Below, piece by piece: positions 1 through 12,639 of a stretch of DNA of 64,000 bases. The DNA is from Camelus ferus (lineage: Eukaryota). A program made the translations under genes and the position numbers. Below the pieces are notes generated by a model that ran no database searches, was not told where the DNA came from, and saw only the letters and a program-made list of their open reading frames with translations. The stretch lies in the NCBI RefSeq assembly GCF_009834535.1, contig NC_045697.1, positions 16,246,001 to 16,310,000 of the forward strand, read 5' to 3'. How positions within the stretch are numbered: the stretch's first letter is position 1; every line of letters starts with the position of its first letter.

Positions 1-985
1 GGTAGAAGTCATTGCCAGAGAGAGAGAGAAAAAGAAAAACTGGTCCTTCTGTCCAGGCAATTGTGGGAAGGAGAAGAAAGGGTTAGTAGGAGAAAGTCTC
101 CTGATCGTCCTTCAGGAGGAAAGAGGCATCGTAACCAAGGGAAATATAACCAAAGGAGGAGGTTTGATGAGTTCCTCCTTATACTCCTGGGAGAAGTTCT
201 CTGTGTTGTGTGGCCCCTTTTCCAACATGAGGAGGTGGAATGAGCAGTGGTGGGCCAGAGTGAGCCCCGGTTAATGACCCAGAACTGGACACTGAGCTCC
301 TGAGGGGAAAAGGCCTGATGAAGCATTTGTGGGGGGAAGGTGTGATGGGCCAGGGGATGTAAAGGAGAGTTGATGGACCAGTTGGGAAACTTAACAGGAA
401 ACATTGCTGTTAGGAAGATGTCACTCCATCGCTGAAGGCAGCTGAGCAGCGCTCAGGCTAGAGGTGGTCCAGTTGTCACAATCTGGACTCTGGAGACACC
501 ACACCCAGCACCAACAAGGAGTGAGATGGGACGGAGAACCTGACCAAGTCAAGTGGACAGACCACAGGAGCCCCAGGGGCTGACAGCAGCAGCACATCTT
601 GCCAGGAAACCCAGGATGGGGCCAGATGTACGTTGCCAAAGATGCTTGACAGTGCTCACTCAGAGGCCAGCTGCCCAGATGTGGAGAACGGGAGCCAGAG
701 GTGACTTATCACCTCTTTACCAGTATAGTAGCCTGAAAGCTTTCTCCTCCTCTCAGATACTCTCTTGATAAGGAGCAAAGGAAGGGAGGACAGTCTCGAT
801 GGGATAGTTGCAAGACAGAGGTGGCTTAAATTGAGAAAGAGGGATATATTCTTAATTGGTGAGTTTTGTAAACCTCCCTGACTATCCATTGGTCAGGGAC
901 TCCTGAAAACAGATTAGATACTACAGAAAGATAAAGGTGTGCTTGTCATTCCCTCATTTGTTTGTTTGCTTGTTGTTTGACCTCT

Positions 986-1670
986 GTTATAATAATGAGA
1001 TGTATTTAAAGTGCTTACCCCCACCTGCTGTATTTAACCTTCAGATTCACTTTATGGAAGGCCAATAGACCTAAGTAACAGGACCTTTTGACATCTTTCT
1101 CAAGGTATCTGGATATTATCTTTTTCATCACCAAAGGGGAAGTAGGCCTGCTCTAAGTTAAGAGCCAGCAAAGCCTCCTGAGAGGAGCTAAAATAAAGGT
1201 ATCGTGGGTGCTGCCTCTGTGGCAGAAAGAGGGCTTGTCCCACGTGGAGGGACGAGAGGACCAGAGGAAGTGGCCGTTCACAGAGAGGACCTAAGCATGA
1301 GATTCTTCCTTCCCCAAATATTCTCTCCAGGATTCTTCTCTTACTGAGGTGAGGTGGAAATGGTGATGAGGACCCGCCCATTAGAAACCCAGAGTGGTGG
1401 CCCCCAGAGCAGGAAGCATGCCCACAGGGCAGGACCAGGTGGGCATGTGGGGAGCAGCGGGGAGGCTGTGAGATGGAGAAGCTGCTTGGTCTCTGAGTAT
1501 CTGGAGTGAGCCCGGGACGTGGAACTGCACTACAAAGACTGCTGCTTGAGGGAGATTTTCAATTTTTGAGGTAATCTAGAGATTTAATATTTGTTAAATT
1601 ATATCCTATTGATTAAACCTCGGTGATAAATTTGTGTTACGTGTGTTTGTAAGCAGAGAGCTTTAAGATA
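986..1670. mobile_element. Possible ancient LTR-type repeat (family not identified)
   Basis: Starts with TGT and is a GC-richer, purine-rich block within AT-rich DNA, with no credible ORF. Resemblance to old LTRs is by impression only. Confidence 0.25.
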
Positions 1671-2024
1671 GCCTGGTAGATTTTATTTTCTCAGCTCAAC
1701 TGGGTGGAGGCTTTATCAATTGAATTGTAAAAATCTCTTTTATAAAGTGATGCATTTTTAAATCACCATAATCTTAGAACATAGTTCTTATTGAAAACAC
1801 TTAACTATTGATATGGCATTACCACCTGCTAATCCAAATGATTATGATGCCAGGGATATGTCATTTGAATGCATAGCAGTTAAATATTAGACTTGCCTTG
1901 GATCTAGTGAGTCTACTTTTTGAGATCTACTTCAAGGTTACAATATAAATTACAATAAAATTTTACAACATATAGGTTCTAGTATTAATACTAATTAAAA
2001 AAAGCTGGAAACAATTTAGATCAT

Positions 2025-2300
2025 TTATATACACACACAACATATGTTATCAACTTTTTGCACACATTTTACATATATATACATTTATATATGTGTACAT
2101 ATATATGTCATATGTGCACGCATATATATTTATTTGCACATTTCTACAAATTTGTAAATATATATACATTTACATATAGGTATATTATATCTTATATATG
2201 TGTATATGGTTGTATTTTTATGTATTAATATCTATCTGTTTATATGTAGGTCTGTATAGACATATAAATAGATAGACAGATAGATAAATAGATAAACAGA
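2025..2300. repeat. Low-complexity (TA)/(CA)/(TAGA) simple repeat, followed by old L1-like 3' sequence to ~2440
   Basis: Directly visible tatatatacat... and gatagacagatagataaatagataa tracts. Confidence 0.85.
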
Positions 2301-4359
2301 GACCAGAAAGAAATATATCAGAATTTTAACAATGAACTGTGCTTGATGAACAGTTTTTGTTTTCTTTATACTTGTCTTTTTTTTTCATCTAAATTCACAA
2401 TATTTAGCAAGCAATAATTTTGTAATCAGAAAAAAGGCAACAACAAAGGTCTTTTAAAAACGAACTCAGGATACTGCAACAGGGGCTTCTTCAGCCCACA
2501 GCTTCACCAAGAGTAGAAATGTAAAAATGAATGTGCTGAAGAACCCAGTGTCAAAGCCAGAGGCAGAATCATCCGTGGCAAGGAGCAGGGCCCTGAATAG
2601 CCACCTGCTTTGTCCCTCAACTCTTTGTTTTGCTAAAGCCAAGTCATCGTGAGTGTCAGAGGGTGAAGACAGAAGGGTGACATTTCATAAACAGACAGAA
2701 AGGAAGTTGGAACAATTTTTGAGCGCTGACTGTGTACTCCATCCAGCACTGCGGCAGGCGACCTCCCATCTGCCAATTTGTTTCATGCTCACAGCGCCCT
2801 GGGAAGCAGACGTCTCTCCTACGACGTGAAATAAAGTACCGCGCCCCAGAGCCGCACAGCACAGAAAGTGGCAGAGGTGTTTTTCTTTGGTTGTTCTATT
2901 TCACTTGGAACAACAGGAAGAGGAGAGCAGTAGGTAGGCCTCATGCTTTGCTGCACTGGAAGGGAGTCTGCACCAACTGTGTGCATTAGCTTTCATTCCC
3001 TTTTAACACTTCTTGAATAATCTCTTCTCCTTCCAGAAACTCCCTTCTGTCTAAGAGGAGATGTTCTGATGCACCTATGTGTGAATTTGTACTTACCATC
3101 GAAAAATGAATGAAATGAGACAAGATGCATTTATTATACAAAGTGATTTCTTGTACTTGGCACGTGACTTACTGATTTCTGTTAAATTTTGACTGAAGCT
3201 TATATGTGAAATAAATGTATATACTTTTTAACTGGTTTCTTTCCTAATCTGATTGAATTTCTTATTAAAAATCTAATGGCTAATAACTTTGATACTCAAA
3301 AGATTCACCTATTTTAGGTTCTAAAATATATCAGGCTGGATTTTATTTTGAATACCTTGTTCTTTCTAATGGCATTTCCCTAATATTAATGCTGAACTGA
3401 AACCAAAAATAGCAAGGGGGTGAAAACTCAGACTAGCAGGAACTGAGAAGATCAGTGTAATCAGCAAATTAGGGCTATATACAAATCATGCAAGTTGGCA
3501 TCATGGGAGCAGCAAGGACCACGCCATGTGGAGAAGAGAACACTCGACGTTGATAACTTTGATTAGCATTAACATTGATCGCATAATTCAGTTACTTCCA
3601 GGATGTTTCATGATGCTAATAAATAAAAGATGACATTCTTTGAGGATGGTGGCCTCTACAGCATTGTAGCCAGAGAAAGCTGAAATGTGGGCTGGGGGTG
3701 TTATTTCTTTCTCCAGAATTTTCTTGACTGATCTATGACTGGGAAACCCAGATAGAGCAGTTTCTCAAACAAGGCAGAGATGGGAGAGATAGTGCTAGAG
3801 GTCTCAGGGGATTTATGCAGCAACTAGTTTTGTTTTCAAGAGCTGGATCCTCCTCCATTTCTGTGCTTTCCCATCCTGTTTAACCCAGCCCCTCCAGCAA
3901 ACCAGTATCTTCTCGATTTCCTGCTGGTTTAACTCTAGATCATCCTGGACGGTATTCCATACCCTAGGTCTTTGTCGGTTTCTTCTCTCTCATACTAAAT
4001 GAAATCCTCACCTACAGTTCTTCGTAAGTTCTAAGTATTTTTTATATACCATATCCCAGAGCATCTCTCCCTCTCTGTATATCTCTATCTCTCTCAGTAA
4101 AATCCAAAGGAGTTAAAGAACTTCCTCAGATTGCAAGGTCAGATCCTCTGCTGACTTCAGCCTTGGTCTCTTTCTCTTACAACCTCACTATTCCAGCTCC
4201 TTTACTTCCTCATTCTCATGCACTAACCAGCACTAACATGGTCATAATTGATAAAGAGTAAAGCGTCACAGAAGCACAGAACTTCCTACTTAAAAGTCAG
4301 TTTCTAGTGAGCTGACCTGACAGTGATGCAGAGAGTAAATAGACCTTTCAGTGTTTATA

Positions 4360-4516
4360 CCAAATCCATGTTCCTTGGATGCTTCCCATGATAAGGAGTT
4401 TATGTCTTCTAGTTCCATCTTTGGACAGTCTTCTAAATCATTTCTTCTTAGTGAGTTGAAATCTGTCCCCAGAAACTTCTCCCTTATGATTCTACCTCTG
4501 CCTATGGAGCCAAATG
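4360..4516 (-). mobile_element. CR1/L3 LINE 3' fragment
   Basis: ttcttcttagtgagttgaaatctgtccccagaaacttctccc...ctctgcctatggagcc resembles the reverse-complement L3 3' region. Confidence 0.5.
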
Positions 4517-4742
4517 ATGATGTTAACTAACCTACACATTGCTTACTATCTCAGGACTGGTTCTAAATACTTAAACACATTAATTTATATTAACTCTGAG
4601 AACTCTCTGAGAAGGTCCCAATAAGCTTATTTTAAGATAAGGAAGCTGAGTTAGAAAGGAGAATTGCTAAGAAGTGGCCCAGCTGGATGTAAACCCAAAT
4701 ATTTGACACCAGAGCCAACACCCTTAGTCAGCACCCATCACT
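4517..4742 (-). mobile_element. MIR SINE
   Basis: Reverse-complement MIR core: tttaagataaggaagctgag...aaacccaaatatttgacaccagagcc. Confidence 0.7.
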
Positions 4743-4919
4743 CCTCTCTTGTGATATGTGGAAGTATTGGGGTTCACTGGGAAGATAACATATAGTCTGT
4801 CCAGCATACCTGAAGCTGTTTCCCCACTGAGTGTGCTTTCTGAGATTCCAAATTCACATTTCTCATGCCCTTGGTTATTAAAGAACATGTGTGAAAACAT
4901 CAAATAAGAATTGTAAATG

Positions 4920-5240
4920 GGATGATAAAGGTTAATAAAGATTGATTCTCAAGCAGCAGGCACTGTCATAGGATACTTAACCAGTATTACCTTATTTAAT
5001 CATGTCAGTATTAAAAGCATTCATTAATATTTATTGAGTGCTGACAGTGTGCCAGGCAACATTCCAAATGTTTAGGTTAAAAAAAAAATTCTATGAGGTA
5101 GACATGTTATCATATTCACCTTAAAAATGAGGCACAGACAGGCTAAATCATTTGTCCAGTGCTTTTCTGCTAGTAAACAGCAAAACCAGATGAGGAATTT
5201 GGACGGCCTGATTCAAGTGCAGACGCCTAATGCCTAAATT
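4920..5240 (-). mobile_element. MIR SINE interrupted by an L2 3' tail (~5015-5075)
   Basis: MIR core aaaatgaggcacagacaggctaaatcatttgtcc; L2 tail cattcattaatatttattgagtgctgacagtgtgccaggca. Confidence 0.7.
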
Positions 5241-6646
5241 CACCAAAGAGCATTCAGTCTTCACCCCATACCCTGCCTTTTATCTAAATAGTGATGCGTC
5301 TATTCAAAAAAACTTATCTATGTCAACTAGGGTGAAAGTGTGAAAGGAAGTAGTTGTGGTTTACTTGTCAAAAGTGGAAGTCTGGTTTAAGTGGACATTA
5401 AAAATGATCACAAGAGTCTAGTGCTTGGTGGTGACTAAGGGTGCTGGCTCTCCAAGTCCCAAGGATTATGAATGAAAATATTCAAGCTTTAAATACCAGA
5501 AATAACCATTTTCAGGACAAATTAAATAAAGTTGGAAGGTTTTTCAGGAGCTCCAAAATTTACATAAATTACACACATATATTAGAGGGATACTGAAAGT
5601 TAATTGGCTGGTTTGTCAAAAATATATACATAACTTGATTAGATATTTCTGTGTTTTTGAAAGAGAAGTTCTGGCTAGTATCTGAGACTAGGTGTGTTTG
5701 TACACACACACAAACATACACACAAAACATTAAAATGGATTAAATCTTCCAGATGCCTGTTGTCACACTCTTCCAAGAACAACATTTAAATACCAACATG
5801 CTTGATTCCATGAGAGGTTTAAAAATGACTCCCTTACATTTGATAATGGACCTGTACTTCGAAGTTCTTTTGTACCATGAGAATCTCAGGCTATACCATT
5901 AATGCTGCATAAAACACCGCAAAATACCAGGAGATCAAACCAAGCAGCAATTACTAAAAACATTTTCCTAATATCTCCCCAGATTTTCCTATGGGGAGTG
6001 CTAACTCAGTAAGTGTTCACTATACATAAACAAAGCATAGGCTATCACTCTGCAAAGAACTTACAATCTTTTCTAAAGTGTTTTGCTTTGTTTGATAAAA
6101 TAGTCTTTAGGGAAAACTCTAATGGACAAAAGCTAAGGATCCAAAGAAAGGAAACCTGATCCATTTGAAAGTGAATATGGGGTTGCAGAGCGAAGTAAAA
6201 AATGTGCTGGTGCTTACTCAAAAAGTGCTGACTTCCTCTGGTAGGTCATCTTATAGGTCCACCTTATACCACATAAGAGCGTAATTAAAAAGCGCTGATG
6301 TTGGGTACCAGGAAGAATCTGCCCTCTCCAACCCTCGTTGGAGCTGCGGAGAGCGCAGCTTCAGGGGGGAGTCACTGCGTTGAATCTGTGGCATTGCAGT
6401 TTTATCAATAGCCCAGGATACAATCAAACCTCATTAACTCGGACTCTACTAATTCTGAATTTACAAAGATTCAGATATGACTTGAGAATTGATTCTTGCT
6501 GAGCCAAAAAGCTCCAGATAATTTCTTCTTTTGTGAATATCAGGGTCTTATTCACAAGACCAAGACAGTCAAAAGTAGTGGTTGCATCAACAAAGAGCTT
6601 CCTATTCAAAGTTTTGCTGCAGTTTTGGAATCCTCATTTCCCACAG

Positions 6647-6747
6647 AAACGTGTTACTATGGGAAGTAGAAATGTTAGGCAGGTCCAGTTACGTCAAGCA
6701 CAAAGACCGGTGTTATCAAAAGGACAGTGCTGAGAACACACCACAAG
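6647..6747 (+). other. Candidate 101-nt spliced exon (host transcript unknown, probably non-coding)
   Basis: Acceptor cctcatttcccacAG (6645-6646) and donor AAG|GTAATT (6748) in non-repeat sequence. One frame is open (NVLLWEVEMLGRSSYVKHKDRCYQKDSAENTPQ) but I do not recognise it. Confidence 0.3.
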
Positions 6748-7593
6748 GTAATTTAGTGTTTGAGTTTAGATTCTGGGATTATAGATTCTACATTTCTTTT
6801 ATTTCCAATTAAAAATATACTAGGTATCATTTTATAATGTGTACAATTACTTAAAAGCATTTTTAGGGGTTGGAAAACAGTACATATCTACAAATACGAC
6901 TAGTTAGTGTTGTGAGCCCCTCCTGCCTAAGTTCAAAAAGTATGTCCATTTCATCTTAGCTTATAATGAAAAAAAATTTTAAGTGATTAAATACATTTCT
7001 TTATCAGTTGTATTTATAAATATGCCATACATTAGTTTAGTAGATTTGTCTTGCCTTTATAAAAGATGACCAATAGGGTATGTTCCGACTTGACGAAGTT
7101 GATAATCTTTGGGAGGAAAATAAATAACTATAAAAACAGTATTCACCTTTTTCAACAAAGTGATTAGAAAATTTTCTCTTTCACATATTTTAGGATATTT
7201 AGGATACTAAATGATTACCCAATAACTACGATTATCATTGATCCCTGCTACTAATTCATTGCCAATTAGAAAATAAATATTTTCTGCTAATATTTCATTC
7301 TGAGTCTCTCATAAGGGCAAGATGAAAACTTCCTCCCTCAATTCTCCCAAACAACAGTTGCACAACTCTTTCACTTGCTGGGTGGGGTTCAATGGAGCTG
7401 AATGATAGAGCATTTTATTTACTATGTGTATAGATGTACATTAATAATCTCAGTATGAACAGGTGTAAATGATATGCAGTTTATCTAATACACAGGCCAT
7501 TAAAATGGGAAGATTTCTTCTCCTCCTCCTCCCTTCCTTTGCAATAGCTTCTATGAACATGGTAGGTTTATTCCCAAGTTAGCATAACCTGTA

Positions 7594-7880
7594 TCAGAGC
7601 TCCTAGCAATGCGATCTGTGGACAGGAGTTGGTGCACGCACTGTTTGTTGCTGGTACACAAATGAAAAGTGTCTAGAAACATTTACAGCAATTGCCATTG
7701 CTGTGACTTTCAAGCTTATTGTCTGTGGACTTGTGTCTTTGCCCTGGTTACTGATCAGATTCAGTGTTGTCTATCTTGTGTAATGGGTTTTGTGCAGTGT
7801 GAGTTGCTTATTAATATCAACGCAACAGATTAGGAAAAAAAAACTGGTCCTTCAGCCCTGATAGTTTGTGAAACGTTGGT
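7594..7880 (-). mobile_element. hAT-Charlie MITE, MER112-like
   Basis: End aaaaactggtccttcagccctgatagtttgtgaaacgttg resembles the reverse complement of the MER112 start; internal actgtttgttgctggt...agaaacatttacagcaatt. Confidence 0.6.
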
Positions 7881-9128
7881 CCACACACCAAAAGTACATG
7901 CATACAAAGTACAACTTCAGGTTGTATCCTAAAAGGCCACCTCTAGTAATAGTGAACATGGAGGAGTTCAAGATGGAGGAGTAGGAGGACACTGAACTCA
8001 CCATCCCCCATGAACACATCAAAAACACATCTACATGTAGAGCAATTCTCACTGAAAACAAACTGGAGACTGGCAGAAAAATTCTTATACAACAAGGCTG
8101 TAAAGAAAGATCCACATGGAGTCAAGTAGGAAAGAAAGAAAAGCGATTATTAGGCCGGGACCTGTGTCCCAGGAGGAGACACAGAAGAGGAGGATTACAC
8201 TATTTGGAACCTCTCCCTGTGGAGTGAGTGGTTCGAACCACATATTGGGCACCTCAGCCCTGGGGTCCAGCACCGGGAAAACAATTCCTCTTGACTAGTT
8301 TGAAAACCAGTGGGTCTGGCAGGGGGTCCATGAGAGACTTGAATTCTACTCACAAAGAGTATGGACACACTTGCTCCTGAAACAAGGTGAGGGAATTAGA
8401 TTGAGACTGGCTGGTACTCTGAACAATTTCGCACGACTACACCAGTGTGCACCCTGGGCCAGGCTGAGCACCAGTCCTGACCCCTCTTGCTCTGCTGTGC
8501 AGCTCTCCACTAGGGTGAAGCCTGTCATTGTCAAGGACAGTGCCCAGTTTAGGGGAAAGGAGCTGGCTTGGACCCCGCACTACAGCTGAACAAGACAAGG
8601 GCAACTATTACTGGTGCTCTTGGAGGTGGAGGATTGGGAGCTTCTGGAAATCTGGTGTGCTGGGACTGCCCCAGTGTGCACTCCATCCCACACAGTATGC
8701 CGTCTCTGGCCTCTCTTCCTTCAGAACTACTCCCCTCTGGGCTGATGGTGCCAGTGCTGAGAGTGGAGAGAGCACACACTTAGAATGGAACAAGCTAGAA
8801 CCCAACCCTCAGGGTTTCTGCTCCAGTACCCTGCAACCTGACCCCACTCCTGACAGGGGTGGTGATGGCCACTGAGCATAGCAGAAGCACAAGCTCACCC
8901 TTGGCTTTGGCTCTAGCCCCTCTATCTCTGTCCCTACCTCCCACCAAGGGATAGCTGCCAGCACACCCTGGGGGAAAACATGACTCATTAGGACTTCAGA
9001 TCCAGCTCTCCTACCAAAGGCACATAGACTGTATAGGTATGTATATGTATGTTTCCACACAAAACCACCCATTTAAGAATAGATAACTGTTTTACTTAAT
9101 TTATTAGAGACAAAGAAAGTTGAGCAAA

Positions 9129-10001
9129 ATGGGAAGACAGAGGAATTTGTTTCATATGAAAGAACAAGAAAAAAAAAACCCTGAAAAAAACGACTAATGA
9201 AACAGAGATAAATAATTAACTAGCTAAAGAGTTCAAAGCATTACTAATTACAATGCTAACTGAATAGGGGAAAGAATAGATGAACACATTGAGAATTTAA
9301 ATGAGGGACTAGAAAATTAAAAAAAAAAAAAAGAACAGTCAAAGTTGAAGAATGCAATAACTGAAATGAAAAACACACTAGAAAGTATGAAGAGCAGACT
9401 ATGTGATACAGAAGAACACGTAAGTGATCTGGAAAATAGGATAATGGAGATTACCAATCAGAACAGCAAAAAGAAAAAAAAGACCAGTTTAAGGGATCTC
9501 TGAGACAATACCTGGTGTTCTAACATTCACATTATAGGGGGTCCCAGAAGAAGAGAAGAGAGAAAATGTTTGAAAAGGTATTTGGTAAAATTATGGCTGA
9601 AAACTTCCTAACTCTGAAGAAGGAAACAGAGAGTCCCCAAAAGATGAACTTAATGAGACCCACACCAAGGCATATCATAATTAAATGGAAAAAGTTAGAG
9701 AATTTTAAAGGCAGCAAGAGAAAAACAAAGAGTCACATACAAGAGAACTCCCACAAGGCTATCAGAGGATTTTTCTGCAGAAACTTTGCAGACCAGATGG
9801 GAGTGGCATGATATATTTAAAGTGCTGAAAGGGAAGAAACAAGAACCTAGTATCTTTTACACAGCAAGGTTATCATTCAAAATTGAGGGAGAGATAAAAA
9901 ACTTCTCAGACAAGCGAAGACTAAAAGGCTTCATCAATACTAAACCTATGTTAAAAGAAATGTTAAAGGGTCTTCACTATGTGGAAAATAAAAGGCTATG
10001 A
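9129..10001 (+). pseudogene. L1 ORF1p remnant (frameshifted, with stops)
   Basis: MGRQRNLFHMKEQE...; FEKVFGKIMAENFLTL, RPTPRHIIIK and WEWHDIFKVLK...YTARLSFKIEGEIKNFSDK...LKEMLKGL are typical L1 ORF1 motifs. Confidence 0.92.
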
Positions 10002-10459
10002 CAAGGAGAATTTATAGGAAAGGAAAAATCTCACTACTAAAGGCAAATATATAGTAAAGGCTGTAGAGCAACCATTTAAATAAGCTAGCATAAATATTTA
10101 AAGATAAAAAATTATAAAATCAACTATAACTACAATAAACTGTTAAGGGATAAACATAAAGATTTAAAACATGACATCAAAAATATAAAATGAGTGAGAA
10201 AGGTGTAAAGAAAATGTAGGTACTTTAGAATATATTTGAACTTATGACTACGTTTGAAACAAGTAGATATAATTATAGGTAAACATATATAAACCCCATG
10301 ATAAATACAAATAAAAACCTACCATAGATACACAAAAACTAGAAAGAAGGAAACACAAGCATACTACTAAAGAAAATCATCAAACCACAAGGGAAGAAAC
10401 TAAAAGAAGAAGAAAAGAATAGAGAAGAACTACAAAAACAATCAGAAAATAAGTAACAA

Positions 10460-11030
10460 AATAACAGTAAGCACATATTTGTCAATAATAATTTTAAATA
10501 TCAATGGACTAATGCTCCAATCAAAGTACATAGGGCGACTGATTAGATTAAAAATAAGACCCATCTGTATGCTGCTTACAAGAAATTCACTTCTGAACAA
10601 AAGATACACAGATTCAAAATGAGGAGGTAGAAAAAGATATTTCAAGCATATGGAAATGACAAGAAAGTAAATGACAATAAATAAGAAAAATTTCAAACAA
10701 ATAACTTAACCTAGAAATTAGAAGAATAAGCAAAGCCCAGTGTCAGCAGAAGGAAAAAATAATAATAAAGATCTGAGAGGAAATAAATAAAATAGAGGGA
10801 GAAATTATTTACAAATGATATGACTGATAAGAGGTTAATGTCTGAAATACATAAATAACTCATACAACTCAATATAAAAAATAACCTAATTAAAAAATGG
10901 ACAGAAGACCCAAATAGACAGATGACCAATAGGTGCATGGAAATATACTCAACATTGTCAATCATCAGGGAAATAGAAATCAAAACCACAATGAGGTATC
11001 ACCTCACACCTATCTGAATGGCTATCATCA
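10460..11030 (+). pseudogene. L1 ORF2p fragments joined across two large deletions
   Basis: Endonuclease start STYLSIIILNING..APIK..PSVCCLQEIHF (~10470-10590); jump near 10680 to the KPSVSRRK...EINKIE linker; jump near 10797 to the C-terminal EKLFTNDMTDKRL...[17 protein letters not shown]. Confidence 0.85.
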
Positions 11031-11872
11031 AAAAGAACACAAATAAGAAATATTGGTGAGAGTGTGGAGGAAAGGGTACTCTCCGAAACTGTTGATGGGA
11101 ATGTAGTTTGGTACAACAGTTATGATAAATAGCATGGAGATTCCTCCAAAGACCAAAAATAGACTTACCATATGATCCAGCAATCCCACTTCTGGGCATA
11201 TATCAAGAGGGAACCTTAATTCCAAAAGATACATGCACTCGAATATTCATAGCAGCACTATTTACGATAGCCAAGACATGGAAACAACCTAAATGTCCTT
11301 CAACAGATGACTAGATAAAGAAGTTGTGTTATATTTATACCATGGAATACTACTCAGCCATAAAAAAATAATAAAATAACGCCATTTTTAGCAAAATGGA
11401 TGAATTTGGAGAATGTCCTTCTAAGTGAAGTAAGCCAGAAAGAGAAAAAAAAATACCACATGATATCACTTATATGTGGAATCTAGGAAAAAAAAAAAAG
11501 ACAAATGAACCTATATTTAAAACAGAAACTGATTCACAGACATAGAATACAGACTTATGGTTATCAGAGGGGAAAGGGGCTGGGAACAGATAAGCTGGGA
11601 GTTCAAGATTTGCAGATACTAACTAATATATATAAAATAGATAAACAAGTTCGTACTGTATAGCACAGGGAATTACATTCAATATCTTGTAGTAACTTAG
11701 AGTGAAAAATAATATGAAAATGAATATATGTATTTTCATGTATGACTGAAGCATTATGCTGTACACCAGAAATTGACACAACAGTATAAACTGACTATAC
11801 TTCAATAAAAAAAATATATATATGTATATATAAAATAAAGATATTAATTTTTTTAAGTCTATGTTTTAATAA
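11030..11872 (+). mobile_element. Younger 5'-truncated L1 3' end nested in the older L1
   Basis: ORF2 end plus tail ...ctgtacaccagaaattgacacaacagtataaactgactatacttcaataaaaaaa, the same tail as at 15038 and 37674. The older L1 resumes at ~11873 with the same ORF2 segment. Confidence 0.85.
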
Positions 11873-12639
11873 GAAAAAGACCACAAATAAATACTGGTGA
11901 GAGTGTGGAGGAAAGGGAACCCCAGTACAGCACTGGTGGGCATGTAAATTTGTGCAGCCACTGTGAAAAACAGTATGGAGATTCCTCAATAAACTAAAAA
12001 AAGAACTGCTACATGATCCTGAATATTTTTCACAAAATGAAAACACTAATTTGAAAAGATATATGCACCCCAATGTCCATAGAAGCATTATTTACAAGAT
12101 CCAATATATGGAAGAAACCTAAGTGTTCATTAACACATGAATGGATGAAGAAGACATAGTATATATATATAATGAATATTACTCAGTCATGAGAAAGAAT
12201 AAAATTTTGCCATTTGCAACAGCATCAATGAGCATAAAGGGTATTACGTTTCATGAGATAAGTCAGACAGAGAAAGACAAACACTGTGTGTTATCACTTA
12301 TATGTGGACTCTAAAAAGTACAATGAATGAATATAACAAAACAGAAACAGACTCACTTATGTAGAAAACAAACTCGTGGTTACCAGTAGAGAGAAGGAAG
12401 GGAGAAGAGATAAAATAGGGGTAGAGAATTAAGAGGTGCAAAGTGCTATATAAAAAATAATTATGACATAAGGATATTGTACAGCACAGGGAATATAGCT
12501 AATATTTTATAATGAGTTTAAATGGAATAAAATCTATCCAAATATTGAATTGCTACATTATACATCCGAAACTAATAATATTGGAAATCAACTGCACTTC
12601 AATAAAATATAATATGGTGAACACAGACAATAAGGCACA

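Larger units (their letters stand above)
7961..12613 (+). mobile_element. LINE-1 with 5'UTR, decayed ORF1 and internally deleted ORF2 (no RT domain), with a nested younger L1 3' end
   Basis: L1 5' start gagttcaagatggaggagtaggaggac, ORF1 remnants, ORF2 endonuclease start, ORF2 C-terminus and 3'UTR ending cttcaataaaa. Degenerate TSD atagtgaacatg (7949-7960) / atggtgaacaca (12614-12625). Confidence 0.92.

Noticed and set aside
9..960. Overlapping ORFs (up to 131 aa) in a G-rich block
   Set aside because: No recognisable protein. Probably an old LTR-like repeat, but I could not assign a family.
8085..9072. Cluster of 60-115 aa ORFs on both strands
   Set aside because: They lie in the GC-richer L1 5'UTR, where stop codons are rarer.
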